Assembly (NCBI GenBank): GCA_964016885.1
Contig: OZ024754.1
Location: forward strand, 10,726,001-10,790,000
Origin: Eledone cirrhosa
Taxonomy: Eukaryota
Direction of reading: 5' to 3'
DNA length: 64,000 bases
The notes beneath the pieces were generated by a model. The model had not been told where the DNA came from and did no database searches. It saw nothing but the letters and a program-made list of their open reading frames with translations. Position 1 is the stretch's first letter; every line of letters starts with the position of its first letter. This document shows, in pieces, positions 60,433 to 64,000 of this stretch. The position numbers were made by a program, and so were the translations under genes.

Positions 60433-61872
60433 GATTTTACATAATGAAAGCTATACCCATTTTCACAAGAGAAGACATCTCTCACCCACCCCAAAGTGGC
60501 TGGGAGATCTCCTCGTTGATTTTACATAATGAAAGCTATACCTATTTTCACAAGAGAAGACATCTCTCACCCACCCCAAAGTGGCTGGGAGATCTCCTCG
60601 TTGATTTTACATAATGAAAGCTATACCTATTTTCACAAGAGAAAACATCTCTCACCCACCCCAAAGTGGCTGGGAGATCTCCTCGTTGATTTTACACAAT
60701 GAAAGCTATACCTATTTTCACAAGAGAAAACATCTCTTACCCACCCCAAAGTGGCTGGGAGATCTCCTCGTTGATTTTACACAATGAAAGCTATACCTAT
60801 TTTCACAAGAGAAGACATCTCTTACCCACCCCAAAGTGGCTGGGAGATCTCCTCGTTGATTTTACACAATAAAAGCTATACCTATTTTCACAAGAGAAGA
60901 CATCTCTCACCCACCCCAAAGTGGCTGGGAGATCTCCTCGTTGATTTTACACAATGAAAGCTATACCTATTTTCACAAGAGAAGACATCTCTCACCCACC
61001 CCAAAGTGGCTGGGAGATCTCCTCGTTGGTTTTACACAATAAAAGCTATACCTATTTTCACAAGAGAAGACATCTCTCACCCACCCCAAAGTGGCTGGGA
61101 GATCTCCTCGTTGATTTTACACAATAAAAGCTATACCTATTTTCACAAGAGAAAACATCTCTCACCCACCCCAAAGTGGGTGGGAGATCTCCTCGTTAAT
61201 TTTACATAATGAAAGCTATACCTATTTTCACAGGAGAAAACATCTCTCACCCACCCCAAAGTGGCTGGGAGATCTCCTCGTTGATTTTACACAATAAAAG
61301 CTATACCTATTTTCACAGGAGAAAACATCTCTTACCCACCCCAAAGTGGCTGGGAGATCTCCTCGTTGATTTTACACAATAAAAGCTATACCTATTTTCA
61401 CAAGAGAAGACATCTCTTACCCACCCCAAAGTGGCTGGGAGATCTCCTCGTTGATTTTACACAATAAAAGCTATACCTATTTTCACAAGAGAAGACATCT
61501 CTCACCCACCCCAAAGTGGCTGGGAGATCTCCTCGTTGATTTTACACAATGAAAGCTATACCTATTTTCACAGGAGAAAACATCTCTTACCCACCCCAAA
61601 GTGGGTGGGAGATCTCCTCGTTGATTTTACATAATGAAAGCTATACTTATTTTCACAAGAGAAAACATCTCTCACCCACCCCAAAGTGGCTGGGAGATCT
61701 CCTCGTTGATTTTACACAATGAAAGCTATACCTATTTTCACAAGAGAAGACATCTCTCACCCACCCCAAAGTGGCTGGGAGATCTCCTCGTTGATTTTAC
61801 ACAATGAAAGCTATACCTATTTTCACAAGAGAAGACATCTCTCACCCACCCCAAAGTGGGTGGGAGATCTCC
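60433..61872. repeat. Minisatellite, 85-bp unit, about 17 copies
   Basis: Period 85 (60661 to 60746; 60751 to 61261 equals 6 units). Confidence 0.97.
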
Positions 61873-62364
61873 CTGATGAGCAAGGAGAGTTGACAGGTCT
61901 GCATAAGATCCATATAGTTTCCAACACAACACAGAAGCTTCTCTTTCAGCAAGAGAGACTGATATTAAAACAAAAATTTAAATATGCTGCAGCAGCTTCT
62001 ATCATACAGGCAACTTTATTTTGACTGTTCCAAACAACTAATTAGTTGCTCAAAATGGTAAAAATCACAATGTTCAAATGCCATGACATATAGAATTCTT
62101 ATTACCATTTCCTATAACCTGAAGAGAACAGTGAGATTTCTGCAGCCCATAATACTGTGCAGATATAAATATGTCTGGATTGGATGTGAATATATACATG
62201 TGTTGATATATATATGTATGTGTGTATGTGTGCGTGTGTGAGCATGTGTGTGTATGTGTGTATGTGTGTGTGAATATGTATGTGTTTATGTGTGTGTGTG
62301 TGTGTAATGTTTATGTGTTTGTGTGTGTGTCTTTATGCGTGTGTGCATATTTGTTTGTGTGTGT

Positions 62365-62700
62365 GCTTGACAATCTTCCTGTTCTGCAAGGGGGGGGGGG
62401 TAGATCCCTCATCTGTGATGCCACATGTTGTGACACCTCAAGGAACAACATGGTGTGTTTGGACTACCAGCCCAAGCTTCACTCTCACCAGGCCAAAGAA
62501 GGCAAACTGTCGGAATATCGGTTAGTTGAGCCTGTGGCAGTGGAGACTTCCGGCATTCTTTGCCCCCGGATCACATCCCTACTCACTACTATCAGAGCAG
62601 AGTTGGCTATCTGCAAGTGTGAGCCCTGTGAGATGGAGTGACTCTTCAAGTATGTCTCCCTCACCATCTTTTAAAGCAATTTCTTCTTCATCCTGTCTGC
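62365..62700 (+). mobile_element. CRE-like RLE remnant, homologous to 27690-27955
   Basis: Reads GRSLICDATCCDT…KLSEY…VEPVAVETSGIL…CEP.EME, with the (W)DATCxDT motif. Confidence 0.7.
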
Positions 62701-62915
62701 TAGGACCAAGAAGAAAACAGACCCTTAAATTTCATATATAGTGGTGGCATGTGGGATAAAGTTCTCTCACTTTGTTAGGTTATGTTTCAAACTGCTTAAT
62801 AAAGATTTTAATTTCTTTTTTCACCATCCTGATAAGAATAAAAAGAAAGAAGAGAGTTAAATAGCCACAAAGGGTTTTCATTGTATCCCACATTTTACAG
62901 TTGAGGCAGTAGTAA

Positions 62916-63123
62916 TAGTGGTTTCTGATTTAGGCACAAAGCTAACAATTTTGGGGGAGGGAAAGTCAATTAAATCTTCCCAGTACATTACTGGTACTTT
63001 ATTTTTTAGACCCAGTAAGGATAAAAGGCAAAGCTAACCTCAGCAGGATTTGAACTTAGAATGTAAAGAGACAGAACAAATACTACAACCACATTTTATC
63101 CAACACTATAACAATTCTGCCAA
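62916..63123 (-). mobile_element. Family A SINE
   Basis: Same body motif and B-box. Confidence 0.72.
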
Positions 63124-63168
63124 GAGTATTAATGGTAAAAGTATAGATAGGATAGCTCTGACAACTTA

Positions 63169-63336
63169 CCGTATTTCCTGGCGCCCAAGATGCTTCGTCC
63201 TGGAGGATGCACCCTAATTTTGACAAGCAAAAATTTGAAAAAAAATAATAAACAACTTTCGGCCTCCAGGATGCATGGTGGATTTTTGAGACTTATTTTA
63301 GGAAAAGAGTAGAATCTTTGACGCCAGGAAATACGG
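63169..63336. mobile_element. Tc1/pogo-type MITE
   Basis: TA|CCGTATTTCCTGGCG … CGCCAGGAAATACGG|TA, a perfect 15-bp TIR. Confidence 0.85.
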
Positions 63337-63884
63337 TAGCTATTTGTATGTTAATAACATTTTAATACTATCATCATCATCATCAACTAAAATAAAAAAA
63401 AAATTGTTATGAAGGATAGAAATATTTCAGATCAAGGTAAAAAATTATTTGTAAATAAATAGAAATATAATTTACTATGTTAACAGTAAATGTATATTTT
63501 ACATATAATCTAAGTTACCAAAGTATATACTGTTTGTAATATAATTTTTATAATTTTCTTTTTGCTTTCCCCAACCCAAACTCCAAATGTTTCCAGGATT
63601 TCTATAAAATTAGTCAGCAACCTTGAAAATCAGCTTCTCAAACAAGATATTTCATCTAATATGGCTTCACTCAAACATTTTGTAGGTTTAATTGTATCAG
63701 TATTCTCTTACGGGAACATATTCTTAAAATAAACTTGCACATGAAAATTAAAATTAATTTACTGAATTCCATATCAGTTTTATTGATTATTTTCTTTTTT
63801 TTTAGATTGACATTTTACAAATATATATATATATATATATCATCATCATCATCTTCGTTTATTGTCCATTTTCCCCGCTAGCAT

Positions 63885-63926
<42 letters not shown>

Positions 63927-64000
63927 ATATATATATACATATATATACATATATCATCATCATCACCGTTTTACATCCATTCTTCCACGCTAGCATGGGT

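Overview
AT-rich, repeat-dense animal genomic DNA. The SINE and microsatellite make-up suggests an octopus-like mollusc (inference). The only host protein-coding gene I can support is the 5' end of a Ste20-family kinase of the MAP4K4/TNIK/MINK1 (misshapen) group on the minus strand. Exon 1 (52908-52964) encodes MATQSVNVSLDDIDLSSLR and exon 2 (50907-50972) encodes [23 protein letters not shown] found no exon 3, so positions 1-50906 appear to be one intron of more than 50 kb. That intron holds a ~19.4-kb TA/TACA microsatellite field (29913-49363). Inside the field are a 5'-truncated CR1/L2-group LINE with an intact RT ORF, a second copy of that LINE's 3' end, a ~590-bp RTE-like non-autonomous element and Tc1/mariner-type MITEs. 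A minimal hammerhead-ribozyme motif lies just beyond it (49558-49600). The rest of the window is RTE LINE fragments (one with a PHD-like Cys/His insert), CRE-like endonuclease remnants, tRNA-derived SINEs, piggyBac/hAT/Tc1-type MITEs and six minisatellites (41, 51, 80, 35, 66 and 85 bp units). Almost all long ORFs in the track are microsatellite translation artefacts. All family assignments are from motif recognition, not database searches.
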